A stretch of DNA of 64,000 bases, from positions 3,360,001-3,424,000 of the forward strand of contig OZ257156.1 in the NCBI GenBank assembly GCA_965279375.1, read 5' to 3'. Of the stretch, positions 48,229 to 57,351 are shown in pieces. The notes under the pieces were generated by a model that was not told where the DNA came from, made no database searches, and saw only the letters and a program-made list of their open reading frames with translations. Position numbers and translations under genes: made by a program. Each line of letters opens with the position of its first letter. Positions within the stretch are counted from its first letter, which is position 1. The stretch comes from Gemmatimonas sp. Lineage in GTDB: Bacteria > Gemmatimonadota > Gemmatimonadetes > Gemmatimonadales > Gemmatimonadaceae.

Positions 48229-49320
48229 ATGTCCGTGTCTTCGCGTTTCTCTGGCCGCGCGCGCTTCGCGCTGTCGCTCTCCCTGTTTGCGTTTGGTGCC
48301 GTTGCCTGCTCTGAAGGGCAAGCTGATCCCACGGGTCCGACCACCGGAACCCCGGAAGCCGCGATCAATCAGGTGGTCACGTTTGGTCCGCTGAACGCCA
48401 GCAGCACTGATACGCTGGTCTACTTCAGCTTTGCCATTGGCGGCCTCGTCGCACGTAGCGGCGATTGGGACCTTGCGTTTCGTCGCTACGAGCTGCGCCT
48501 GAACAGCCCCGCGATCGGCGGTGCGACAAGCAAAAACGTGCTGGGCTACGCACTCGACAACAACAAAGCGGCGACGGACGCGCAGGTGTTGGCCTTCACG
48601 CCGGCGAACACGTTGGCGCCGTTCGACAGCCTGCGCGCTGCGCGCGTTCCCGCCGACACCCTGTTCCAGACCGATCGATTGGCGGTGAATCCGCAGGCGC
48701 ACCTCAACCTTGGCGGGTTCCCGACGGCGAACGCGGCGAATTATTGGAAAGTGCGTCGCGCGGACGGCGGGTATGCCGTGGTTCGGACGACCGCGATTTC
48801 CTTCACGCAGCAGCGGGCGGTTCAGTCGATCACATTCGAGATCCGCGCACAGGTTGGCGCGACCCTTGGTGCACCGCAGACGCTCGTGCTGACTCCGGCG
48901 GGACAGACGACGTCGTTCTCTCTGAGCACGGCCAGCGTGGTGGCATCACCGGCCGGATGCAACTGGGATTTGCGCTTCGATCCAAATCCGACAGTGCTCG
49001 GCGTCGAGGTGAACAGTGGCTGCTCGGCGGGGACTTACCCGGGGCCCGCGTCGCCAACGTTCGCGAACGCCACCGTGGCGAACGATGCGCCGCAGTATGC
49101 GAGCTATCTGTCGCAGCTGGTCGGCCCGATCCCCAACTCGGTCGTCGACAAGAGTGCTCCGTTCCGCTACAACCTGACGGGGACGGATCGGTTGCACCCG
49201 GCATTCAACACCTATCTCGTGAAGAGCGGTACGAAGGTGTTCAAGGTGCAGGTGACGGACTATTACAGCAACACCGGCGCGCCCGGCTTCCCGACGATTC
49301 GCTACGCGCGCATTCGGTGA
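48229..49320 (+). CDS. hmuY: HmuY-family lipoprotein
   Basis: 'GAVAC' lipobox, 'WDLAFRRYELRLNS', 'KVQVTDYY..G.PTIRY'. Confidence 0.82.
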   Translation: MSVSSRFSGRARFALSLSLFAFGAVACSEGQADPTGPTTGTPEAAINQVVTFGPLNASSTDTLVYFSFAIGGLVARSGDWDLAFRRYELRLNSPAIGGATSKNVLGYALDNNKAATDAQVLAFTPANTLAPFDSLRAARVPADTLFQTDRLAVNPQAHLNLGGFPTANAANYWKVRRADGGYAVVRTTAISFTQQRAVQSITFEIRAQVGATLGAPQTLVLTPAGQTTSFSLSTASVVASPAGCNWDLRFDPNPTVLGVEVNSGCSAGTYPGPASPTFANATVANDAPQYASYLSQLVGPIPNSVVDKSAPFRYNLTGTDRLHPAFNTYLVKSGTKVFKVQVTDYYSNTGAPGFPTIRYARIR

Positions 49321-49330
49321 GGCGGCTTTG

Positions 49331-51547
49331 ATGAAAGCGGCAAAGGGTCCGCTGGTGGCTCGTGCTCGTCGCTCGCTGGCGCTGCTGTTCTGGGCGCCGG
49401 CGTTTGTCGTTGGCGCCACTCGCACACAGGCGCAGTCGGCGCAGTCAACAATCGCTGCGTCGAATGCTGCGGCTTTCACGGTGGAGGGGCGCGTGACGGG
49501 GCGAAGCGATGCGGCGCCAGTGCTGGCCGCAGTGGTGCGCGTGTCTGGACTCGATTCGCGTACACGCAGCGATGAGACGGGAACGTTTCGCATCGTCGCA
49601 CGACTGGGCGACACGGTGCATGTGAGTGCCCTGGGCTTTCACGAATTGCGCACTGTCGTGCGCGGCGCGCGAATGGAAGTGCGGCTGGAGGCATTGCCGA
49701 CCGTACTGCCCGTGTTCACCACCACGATGGGGCAGCGCGTCATTCGCGCCAGTGAATCGCCACGCAGCGTGACGGTGCTCGACCGCCGCGAGATCGATGC
49801 GACAGCGGCAATCTCGGCGAATCAGTTGCTGCGTCAGGTGCCCGGCCTGCAGGAGCTTCCATCGCCGCCTTCCAAGACCTCGATCTCGATTCGTGGGTTC
49901 GATGACTCGCGCGTGCTCGTGCTGGTGGATGGCGAGCCTGTGTCGGGGGCGCTGATCGAGAGCCGAGATATCGGACGGTTGTCGACGATCGCGACAGAGC
50001 GCATCGAAGTGACGAAGGGTCCGTCGAGCGTGGAGTTCGGCAGCGATGCGTTGGGCGGGGTGATCAACATCGTGCAGGCCGCGCCGACATCGCGGCTCAC
50101 GGTGGACGGGATGGCGCGCGCCGGTGGATTGGGGCGGCAGGAGTCCACGCTGGGCGTGAGTCAGACGGTGGGTGCATTCGGCTTTCGGCTGAATGGTGGG
50201 TGGCGACAGTCGGACCGCGTGACCGGCTATAACGCCGCCGGCTCGACGTTCAACCGCATCTACGATCTCCGCGGCGACTTCCGCTATCGGATTTCGTCGC
50301 GGCTCTCTCTGCGGATGGATCTGCAGGGTTCGCAGGAGCGGCAGCGCTTTCCAGTGGACGCGCAGTTCAACGGCTTCATCGACAATCGCGGTGGGCAAGG
50401 GTTTGTGGAGGCGCAGGCTTCGGTGCTGGGCGGCAGTCTGCGCGCGCGCGCGTTCGAGCAGCGCTTCACCTACGAGTATCGTCAGTCGCGAGGGCTTCTG
50501 CCCATTCGAGGATCCGCGGATTCGCTCGAGCAGCGTGAACGGCAGGGGCGGTACCTGCTCGCGTTCACTCGCGTGTTGGGTGGCCACGCGATCGATCTGG
50601 GGGTGCAGCGCTCCGAGCGAACACTCGTGGCGCCCAAGAAAGTGGATGGCGACAGCGCCCGCGATCACGTCACGGAAGTGTTCGCCCGAGATGCTTGGAC
50701 CGCGGGCCCCGTGCAGTTCACCGTGGGTGCACGCCATAGTGCCAGCGCGTTGTGGGGAAGCAGCACGAACCCGTCGGTGGGGTTGGCGTGGCAGCTATCG
50801 CCCGCATGGCGCCTGCGCAGCAACGTGGCGCGAGGCTTCCGCGCGCCGGGCTTCAAGGAGATCCGCTACACCTTCTTCAATCCGGCGGGAGGATACACGC
50901 TGGTGGGTAACGCCGCGTTGCTTCCGGAATCGTCGGTGAGCGGAACCCTTGGCGCGACGTGGGCACCGTCAGCCTCGCTGTCGATCGATGTGGAAGGGTA
51001 TCGCAACGACGTGGACGACTTGATCGACTGGCGTTTCCAGGGCAACAACCCGGCGGGCTATCAGGTCTACAAGAATGTGAACGTTGCGCGCGCACGCACG
51101 CAGGGGATCGAGAGCAACGTGCACGTTGTCCGGGGGGCCACGGAGCTGTCGCTGGGCTACGACTTCCTGCGCGCGCGCGATCTTGGCACGGGCGTGCCGC
51201 TAAGCCGCCGGGCGACGCATACGGCGCGCGCGCGTGTGGCACGCGAGTGGGCGGTGCGGAGCGGAATGACCACCGACCTCTCGGCGCGCTATACCGGCAA
51301 CGCGCCGCTAGTCGGCATCCCCAGTGGCGCCCCGATCACCGGCGCCTTTTCCACCGAGTCGGGCGTGATCGGCCGGCAGGGGGCGTTGCTGTCCGTAGAC
51401 GCGCAGTGGCGCCTGGCGTTGATCAATGGCGCGGAGTTGTCGGCCGGTGTGAACAATCTGCTCGATCAGCGCCCGGCGCTGTGGACGCCGGCGTTCGCGC
51501 GTCAGTTCTACGCGGGAGTGCGGTTGCGCTGGGCGGGGCGGCAGTAG
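49331..51547 (+). CDS. TonB-dependent receptor (HmuR-like, probable heme/iron uptake)
   Basis: 'RIEVTKGPSSVEFG', 'RGFRAPGF', 'NNLLD'; directly follows hmuY. Confidence 0.88.
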   Translation: MKAAKGPLVARARRSLALLFWAPAFVVGATRTQAQSAQSTIAASNAAAFTVEGRVTGRSDAAPVLAAVVRVSGLDSRTRSDETGTFRIVARLGDTVHVSALGFHELRTVVRGARMEVRLEALPTVLPVFTTTMGQRVIRASESPRSVTVLDRREIDATAAISANQLLRQVPGLQELPSPPSKTSISIRGFDDSRVLVLVDGEPVSGALIESRDIGRLSTIATERIEVTKGPSSVEFGSDALGGVINIVQAAPTSRLTVDGMARAGGLGRQESTLGVSQTVGAFGFRLNGGWRQSDRVTGYNAAGSTFNRIYDLRGDFRYRISSRLSLRMDLQGSQERQRFPVDAQFNGFIDNRGGQGFVEAQASVLGGSLRARAFEQRFTYEYRQSRGLLPIRGSADSLEQRERQGRYLLAFTRVLGGHAIDLGVQRSERTLVAPKKVDGDSARDHVTEVFARDAWTAGPVQFTVGARHSASALWGSSTNPSVGLAWQLSPAWRLRSNVARGFRAPGFKEIRYTFFNPAGGYTLVGNAALLPESSVSGTLGATWAPSASLSIDVEGYRNDVDDLIDWRFQGNNPAGYQVYKNVNVARARTQGIESNVHVVRGATELSLGYDFLRARDLGTGVPLSRRATHTARARVAREWAVRSGMTTDLSARYTGNAPLVGIPSGAPITGAFSTESGVIGRQGALLSVDAQWRLALINGAELSAGVNNLLDQRPALWTPAFARQFYAGVRLRWAGRQ

Positions 51548-51705
51548 ATCGGTTCCGGGTCGCGGGTCGTGGGTTCGTTACAGATAACAATGCGACGCGA
51601 CCGCAACGGTGGTGCGCGCTTGAGGGCGTGATGCAGATTTCCGAGTGAACGCTCTCATGCCTCGAGCATCGACATCACTTTCGACCCAACGAAGAGACCT
51701 GCCCG

Positions 51706-52302
51706 ATGAAGCTCGCCCAAATGCTCCGCGACAAGCATCTCGATGTCTGGGAAGCCTTTGCACTCGAAATTGGCGGGACCTGGAATAGCCCCGGACTGGG
51801 CGATACACCGCGCATCGACGTTGCTCACGCGCGCGGCCCGGTGCGCATTGAAGGCAACGTGACGTTGGTGCTCGTGGGAAAAGTGCTCGTGCCCATGCTG
51901 TCCACCAGCTTCGTTGCGCTCCTGCCTGCCACGCACGAACAGCGATTCTCCGTGTCTCGTGCCTCGTTCGCCTCGGCGGTCGCGGATTGGTTCGGCGCGC
52001 TCGATATCCATGTGGACGACGAGGAATTCGACAAAGCGTTCGTGCTCAAGGGCGAGACGCCGGACATCGTCCGCGAACTCTTCGCCAGCGCGGCGCTCCG
52101 TGAACGGTATCTGCGCGACTTCGAAGGGCAGCTGCATCGTCGCGATGACAAGACGTTGTTCGGCGACCCGACGCCGGACGCGGACCCGTTTGAGCTGTCC
52201 GTTCCGGGCTACGTCGATACGATCGAGCGGATGCGTGCGCTGTGGGCCCTTTTTGTCGAGACGCTCGAACGCTTGCCGGATGGTCCTGCGCGTGCTGCCT
52301 AG
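51706..52302 (+). CDS. Hypothetical protein
   Basis: 198-aa ORF, 'DIHVDDEEFDKAFVLKG'. Confidence 0.7.
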   Translation: MKLAQMLRDKHLDVWEAFALEIGGTWNSPGLGDTPRIDVAHARGPVRIEGNVTLVLVGKVLVPMLSTSFVALLPATHEQRFSVSRASFASAVADWFGALDIHVDDEEFDKAFVLKGETPDIVRELFASAALRERYLRDFEGQLHRRDDKTLFGDPTPDADPFELSVPGYVDTIERMRALWALFVETLERLPDGPARAA

Positions 52303-52837
52303 CACGCGACGTCTCACCTTGCCGTTTCAGGTGACTATCGACCACGAGGTCATCGGCGGCGGTGGCATCACGACGACCGAAGAGCGTCGACACGGCGTGC
52401 TGCGGCTGGAGCGCGACACGCTGGTGGTGCAATGGCGGGTGGAACGAGAGGTCCACCGCGTCGGTCCGGAGATCCGTTCCAACGTGGAACGGGCAGGGAT
52501 GCGAGAGGCCACGATTGCGTTGCACGCGTTGAGCGACGCGCGTGTTCGAGAGCACGGTCGCTGGCGGTGGAAGCGCTGGGACTTCGCGCTGATCGCCGCC
52601 GATCTCGCGGCATTCGATCGCTTGGCCAGCGACGATGGATTCGCGTTCGAGCATCCGGCCGAGTTGGTGCTACCGCTGCGCCGCCAAGACTTGGAGTTGG
52701 CGCACGAGTTTGCGTCGGAGCTCAAGCTCACGCTGGCGGAACGAGCGCTGGTGGACGCGGAGCGGGCGTCGGCGTTGCCACCGACGGACGCACGCATGCT
52801 CCCGTCGACGAAGCCGAACGAGCCGTTGCGCGACTAA
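52280..52837 (+). CDS. Hypothetical protein
   Basis: Protein-like portion of ORF 51914-52837 from ATG 52280. Confidence 0.65.
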   Translation: MVLRVLPSTRRLTLPFQVTIDHEVIGGGGITTTEERRHGVLRLERDTLVVQWRVEREVHRVGPEIRSNVERAGMREATIALHALSDARVREHGRWRWKRWDFALIAADLAAFDRLASDDGFAFEHPAELVLPLRRQDLELAHEFASELKLTLAERALVDAERASALPPTDARMLPSTKPNEPLRD

Positions 52838-52916
52838 CCGATCGCAACGCGCACTGCCTCGAACACCGTTCCCATGCCGACTGCGCTTACCCGATGACGG
52901 CGCGCTACAACGGCAC

Positions 52917-52952
52917 CGGCAGCAGAGACGACGCGGCGTCGTTCCGCTGCCG
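52917..52952. terminator. Hairpin between convergent genes
   Basis: CGGCAGC..GACGACG..CGTCGTT..GCTGCCG. Confidence 0.45.
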
Positions 52953-52969
52953 ATGACCGCGCGCGGGAT

Positions 52970-53944
52970 TTACGCCGCGAGTAGCTCGCGCTCGAGTCGC
53001 GCGTAGCTCGCTTCCATGCCGGTGGTCATGCCCGTGCCCAGGATCATGTCACGCAGCTCCTTGTTGGGGAACGTGGTGACGATGCTCAACAGCGTGCCGC
53101 CATCGACCGGGACGAGGGTGAGTTCGTTGTGCGTGCTGGGACCCGGGGTGCCCAGCATTCGCTCCGAGGTCACGGCGCGATACGGTGCCGCGCGCTCGAG
53201 CAGCTCCCCTTCGAAGCCGAATCGCCGGGACTTGTCCGCGCTTTCCCACTCGTGGCGGTACGATTCGCCGACCTCGCCAGCGAGCTGGCAGACGGGCATC
53301 GTCCAGCCATCGGGGCCGAGCAGCCAACGCTGCATGAGGGAAGCCTCGTTGTGCGCGCGCCAGACCTGTTCGACGCTGCCGCGAATGACGCGACTGACGC
53401 GGATCTGTGTGTCGTTCAGCAACTGCGCCTCGGTCAGGCGATCGCTGGCGAAGCTCTTGAGGTCGAGCAACACGGCGTCGATCTGACCCATCGCCGACTT
53501 CATGCCTTCCATCATGCCCATCTGCACGAGCTGCTCCATCGATTCGACGCTGGAGAAGTGCGTCACGCTCGTGAAACGCGAACCCTGTTCCGTGGTGTCG
53601 AAGCTGAACACCATGCGCATCGTGGGCATCTGCGTGTTCGGATTGCCCGACTCATCGGAGAAGCCATCCTCCACCTCGAAGCGACGAAACGGCTCGATGG
53701 AGAGAAAACGGAACCAGCCACCCGCTTTCGTTCCGTCGGGGCCCGTCATGTAGTAGTGCGAGTAGCCGCCCACAGCCATGTCGTGGCGCGTGAACGTGGC
53801 GGGCCACTGCTCAGGGCCCCAGAAGCGCTCGAGCTGTCGCGGATCGGAGTAGGCGTTCCAGAGTCGCTCGACGGGGACCGGATAGTCGGCCGCGACGGTG
53901 AGGGTGAGCGCGGCGGCGTCGGAGGATACGGAGGTGATCGGCAT
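52970..53944 (-). CDS. Tandem SRPBCC/AHSA1-domain protein
   Basis: Two 'LWNAYSDP..WGP' / 'VWRAHNE..WLLGP' units, 'GM..GM'. Confidence 0.9.
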   Translation of the reverse strand: MPITSVSSDAAALTLTVAADYPVPVERLWNAYSDPRQLERFWGPEQWPATFTRHDMAVGGYSHYYMTGPDGTKAGGWFRFLSIEPFRRFEVEDGFSDESGNPNTQMPTMRMVFSFDTTEQGSRFTSVTHFSSVESMEQLVQMGMMEGMKSAMGQIDAVLLDLKSFASDRLTEAQLLNDTQIRVSRVIRGSVEQVWRAHNEASLMQRWLLGPDGWTMPVCQLAGEVGESYRHEWESADKSRRFGFEGELLERAAPYRAVTSERMLGTPGPSTHNELTLVPVDGGTLLSIVTTFPNKELRDMILGTGMTTGMEASYARLERELLAA

Positions 53945-53946
53945 GG

Positions 53947-54300
53947 CTAGCTCTTGGAAGGACGTGGGGCGGCGAGGATGGCGTCGAGCTGACTGAAGCG
54001 CTCGACCCAGAGGCGTTCGAGGTGAAGCAGGAGCTCGCGGGCACGCGCGAGTTGCTCCGGGTTGCCGCGGACGATTCGCTCGCGGCCCTGCGTGTGTTTG
54101 GACACGAGTCCGGCATCCTCCAAAACGGCGACATGCTTCTGGACGGCAGCGAACGACATGTCGTAGCGCGAGGCGAGTGCGCTGACGGACGCCTGCTCGC
54201 CGGCCATCACCCGTGCGACGATGTCCCGCCGCGTGGTGTCGGCGAGGGCGCGAAAGAGTCGGTCGAGCTCAGGGTCGGTGAGCGGGAAACGTGCAACCAT
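53947..54300 (-). CDS. ArsR/SmtB-family regulator
   Basis: 'FRALADTTRRDI', 'AVQKHVAVLEDAGLV', 'GRER'. Confidence 0.92.
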   Translation of the reverse strand: MVARFPLTDPELDRLFRALADTTRRDIVARVMAGEQASVSALASRYDMSFAAVQKHVAVLEDAGLVSKHTQGRERIVRGNPEQLARARELLLHLERLWVERFSQLDAILAAPRPSKS

Positions 54301-54307
54301 ATGGTTG
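54294..54307. promoter_or_regulatory. Perfect palindrome over the ArsR start codon (autoregulatory operator)
   Basis: CAACCAT-ATGGTTG. Confidence 0.7.
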
Positions 54308-54469
54308 TAGGTTATGGCAGATCGGTCTCGCCGTCAAGAGGGTGTGATCGCCGACATACCTGCACTTGTCAGCGGGCGGCCGTCGGAGAGTTTTGGAGGT
54401 CCGGCGTGCATCGCGCGTCGAATCGCCGACCGGCTGTCCTGATCGACTTCACTCGCCAGACGCAACGCC

Positions 54470-55459
54470 ATGTTTCGCCACCCGCTTGCCCGTCTCCTCT
54501 CCGCCCGTCGCGCAGTTGCTCGCCGTCTCGAGACCCAACGCCCCTCCACGAACCTGTGGAATGCCGCACGTCTGGTGCGCCGGAGCTGGCCCGTGCTGAC
54601 GCTGCTCTCCGCTTGTGCCAGCGTGGCATCGGCGCCGACGTTGCAATCGCTCACGGCAGCGTACAGTGCGGCGCAGTGCTCCAGTTGCGCCGAGTGGAAC
54701 GAGCCGCAGCAGCCGTTTCGTATTGCCGGCAACTCGTACTTTGTCGGCACGCACGGGCTGACCGCGGTGCTGATCACTTCGCCCGACGGACACGTGCTGA
54801 TCGATGGTGCGCTTCCCAATTCGGCGCCGCTCATTCGGGACAACATTCGTGCGTTAGGGTTCGACATCGCGGACGTGAAGCTGATCCTCAACTCGCATGC
54901 GCACTTCGATCATGCGGGAGGCATCGCGGCGCTGCAGCGCTTGTCCGGCGCGCGCGTCATGGCGAGTCCGGCGAGCGCCGTCGCATTCCGGAAGGGCAAC
55001 TCCGAGCCGGGCGACCCGCAGCATGGATCGCTCGTCGACTTCGCGGCCATCGCTTCGGTGGAGGAGCTGGTGGACGGACGGACGATCACGCTGGGTTCGC
55101 TCTCGATCACGCCGCACGTCACGCCGGCGCACATGCCAGGCGGCACCACGTGGTCCTGGCGCTCGTGCGAGGCAGGGAAGTGCACCGACATCGTCTACGC
55201 GGACAGTCAGTCACTGATTTCCGCGAATGGCTTTCGCTTCAGCACCCGCACCGATCTCGCGCAGGTGGAGCGCGGCTTTGCCACGATCGAACAGCTGCCG
55301 TGCGATATCCTGCTCACGCCGCACCCGGCGGCATCATCGATGTGGGAGCGCCGGAGCTCGCCGCAGGGGATGACCGACACGGGCGCGTGCAAGCGCTACG
55401 CGGAGAGCGCTCGTCAAAAGCTGGCGCAGACGCTTACCGCCGAGCGCGCGCGCCAATGA
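54470..55459 (+). CDS. Subclass B3 metallo-beta-lactamase
   Basis: 'WNEPQQPFRIAGNSYFVGT', 'SHAHFDHAGG', 'TPAHMPGGTTW', 'YADS', 'CDILLTPHP', 'CKRYA'; true start may be later. Confidence 0.9.
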   Translation: MFRHPLARLLSARRAVARRLETQRPSTNLWNAARLVRRSWPVLTLLSACASVASAPTLQSLTAAYSAAQCSSCAEWNEPQQPFRIAGNSYFVGTHGLTAVLITSPDGHVLIDGALPNSAPLIRDNIRALGFDIADVKLILNSHAHFDHAGGIAALQRLSGARVMASPASAVAFRKGNSEPGDPQHGSLVDFAAIASVEELVDGRTITLGSLSITPHVTPAHMPGGTTWSWRSCEAGKCTDIVYADSQSLISANGFRFSTRTDLAQVERGFATIEQLPCDILLTPHPAASSMWERRSSPQGMTDTGACKRYAESARQKLAQTLTAERARQ

Positions 55460-55806
55460 GCGATGTCTCGCCCGTCTCTCGCGAAAACGCGGAGCACTAC
55501 GTCTGGGGCGCGCAGTGCGATGGCTGGCATCTCGTGCGCGCATCTGGCCTGAGCGTCATTCAGGAGCAGATGCCGCCCGGCACAGCGGAAGCTCGGCACC
55601 GACACCACGTTGCGCGGCAATTCTTCTTCGTGCTCTCTGGCGAACTGACCATCGAGGTCGAGCAGATGACGCACCGACTGTGCGCACAGGCGGGACTCGA
55701 AATCGCGCCCGGCCGCGCGCATGTCGTTCGCAACGAGTCCTCGGAGCGTGTGGACTTCCTCGTCGTGTCCCAGCCTCCCAGCCACGGTGACCGCGAGCCA
55801 GCGTAA
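55456..55806 (+). CDS. Cupin-domain protein
   Basis: 'HYVWGAQCDGWHL', 'HRHHVARQFFFVLSG', 'PPSHGDR'; ATGA overlap. Confidence 0.88.
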   Translation: MSDVSPVSRENAEHYVWGAQCDGWHLVRASGLSVIQEQMPPGTAEARHRHHVARQFFFVLSGELTIEVEQMTHRLCAQAGLEIAPGRAHVVRNESSERVDFLVVSQPPSHGDREPA

Positions 55807-55832
55807 TCCGGCTCGCGGATATCGCAGAGACT

Positions 55833-56798
55833 CTAACGTGTCGCTGCAGCCACCTGCAGCAGTTCGTCCAGCGCGTCGAACGAGCCGGACCACCCCATCA
55901 TCATGCCCGTTCGTTCGGCGGTGAAGGCCGCCATTTCGTCTGCCGTCACATCGCCCTCCACTGCGAATCGCACGACCACGCGCGAGTGCGCCGGTCCTTC
56001 CGAAAAGAAGTTGACGGTTACGAGGTTGTATTCGGGCCAGTTCGGAGAGCCCGGTTGCCGAGTGAGGTTGCCGTCGGCGTCGGTGAAGGACTGCACGTAG
56101 CTGAGTGCATCCGGGCGACGGACGTCGAGGTAGCGCTGAGCGACGTGCATCTCGAAGTCGGCGTTGTTGAGCGAGAACCGCAGCGCTCCACCGGTGCGGA
56201 TGTCGGCGTGCTGATACGTCATCGTGAAGCCGGCGGGCGGCAGCCATGCGGCCAACTGCGCGGGCGTCGTCCAGGCATCGAAGACCGCTTCGATCGGTGC
56301 GTCGAACGATCGCGCGATGACGAACACTTCCTGCGACGAGACCTGCTTCTCGAGGTACTCGGCCAGACGATCCCACGTCGAGTTGCCATTCGCCGACTTG
56401 ATGAAGACGCGCGACTGCGCGGCCTGTTCGGCAGTGGCGAGTGCCATGCGCATGTCGAGCTCCGTCTTGTCTCCGATCGCTCGGAAGGTGGCCGTCACGC
56501 GAAAGAGCGGCGCGGCGTCTGCGGAAGACGCGCCGTGATCGTAGACGAGGCGCGACTGATGCTCCACTTCGTGGTACGTCGTGAAGTTGGGCCAGTCGGT
56601 GCCGTCGGGGCCGTGCATCGTGTAGTCCCAGGTGCCGCCGGGGCGCAGGTCCTTGCTGTGCGTGGTGATCGTGAAGCCGCGAGGACCCCACCACTGCGCG
56701 ACCTGCTTCAGGTCAGTCCAGGCATCCCACACCAGCGCCAGCGGCGCATCGTAGAGGCGAATGATGCGAATCTCGTTGTCCTTACTTGGTGTGCTCAT
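55833..56798 (-). CDS. Tandem SRPBCC/AHSA1-domain protein
   Basis: 'VWDAWTD..WWGPRGF', 'VFDAWT', 'GWSGSFDAL'. Confidence 0.9.
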   Translation of the reverse strand: MSTPSKDNEIRIIRLYDAPLALVWDAWTDLKQVAQWWGPRGFTITTHSKDLRPGGTWDYTMHGPDGTDWPNFTTYHEVEHQSRLVYDHGASSADAAPLFRVTATFRAIGDKTELDMRMALATAEQAAQSRVFIKSANGNSTWDRLAEYLEKQVSSQEVFVIARSFDAPIEAVFDAWTTPAQLAAWLPPAGFTMTYQHADIRTGGALRFSLNNADFEMHVAQRYLDVRRPDALSYVQSFTDADGNLTRQPGSPNWPEYNLVTVNFFSEGPAHSRVVVRFAVEGDVTADEMAAFTAERTGMMMGWSGSFDALDELLQVAAATR

Positions 56799-57159
56799 TG
56801 GTCGGGTCGGGTGAGGGCGTTGTGGTGCCGGAGGGATGGGTGATGGACTTCAGGTATTCGCCCAGTCGATCAAGGCTTTCTTCCATCTGCTCGCGATACT
56901 CCGCCAGCCATTGGTCCGCGTCCTTGAGCGGTTCCGGGTTGAGCTTGCACGGTCGCCATTGAGCCTCGCGGCCCTTGGTGACCAAGCCCGCCGTCTCCAG
57001 CACCTTGAGGTGCTTGGTGATGCCGGGGAGGGTCATCTGTCCGAGAAACGGCTCGGCGATCTGGCCTACCGTCGCGTCGCCCTGCCGCAGTCGCGCGAGG
57101 ATGGCGCGGCGGGTGGGGTCGGCGAGTGCGGAGAAGGTTCGACTGAGCGTGTCTTGCAT
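56782..57159 (-). CDS. ArsR/SmtB-family regulator
   Basis: 'FSALADPTRRAILARL', 'KHLKVLETAGLV', 'AQWRPC'. Confidence 0.92.
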   Translation of the reverse strand: MQDTLSRTFSALADPTRRAILARLRQGDATVGQIAEPFLGQMTLPGITKHLKVLETAGLVTKGREAQWRPCKLNPEPLKDADQWLAEYREQMEESLDRLGEYLKSITHPSGTTTPSPDPTNEHTK

Positions 57160-57160
57160 G

Positions 57161-57194
57161 TTAAGCCGAGTGGTTAATTAGCTGACTGGTAAAG
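57161..57194. promoter_or_regulatory. Tandem imperfect palindromes upstream of the second ArsR gene
   Basis: TAAGCC-GAGT-GGTTAA followed by TTAGCT-GACT-GGTAAA. Confidence 0.5.
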
Positions 57195-57351
57195 TAAGCG
57201 TCTCAGCGCGGCCGTCAAGCGCGGATTATGGCCTGCCGCCGAACGGACCACCGGACTGGCAGGATTGGTGGACCGGCCGCTCCTTTCCAGCGTTTCGCCC
57301 AGCAGTGCGCATCGCTCCCCTCTGCCTTGTCGCTCCTCTCGCACGCATGCC

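Noticed and set aside
42000..51600. Apparent C-rich to G-rich switch near 43.5 kb as proof of oriC
   Set aside because: G-rich plus-strand stretches also occur earlier (e.g. thiL), so skew judged by eye is not decisive
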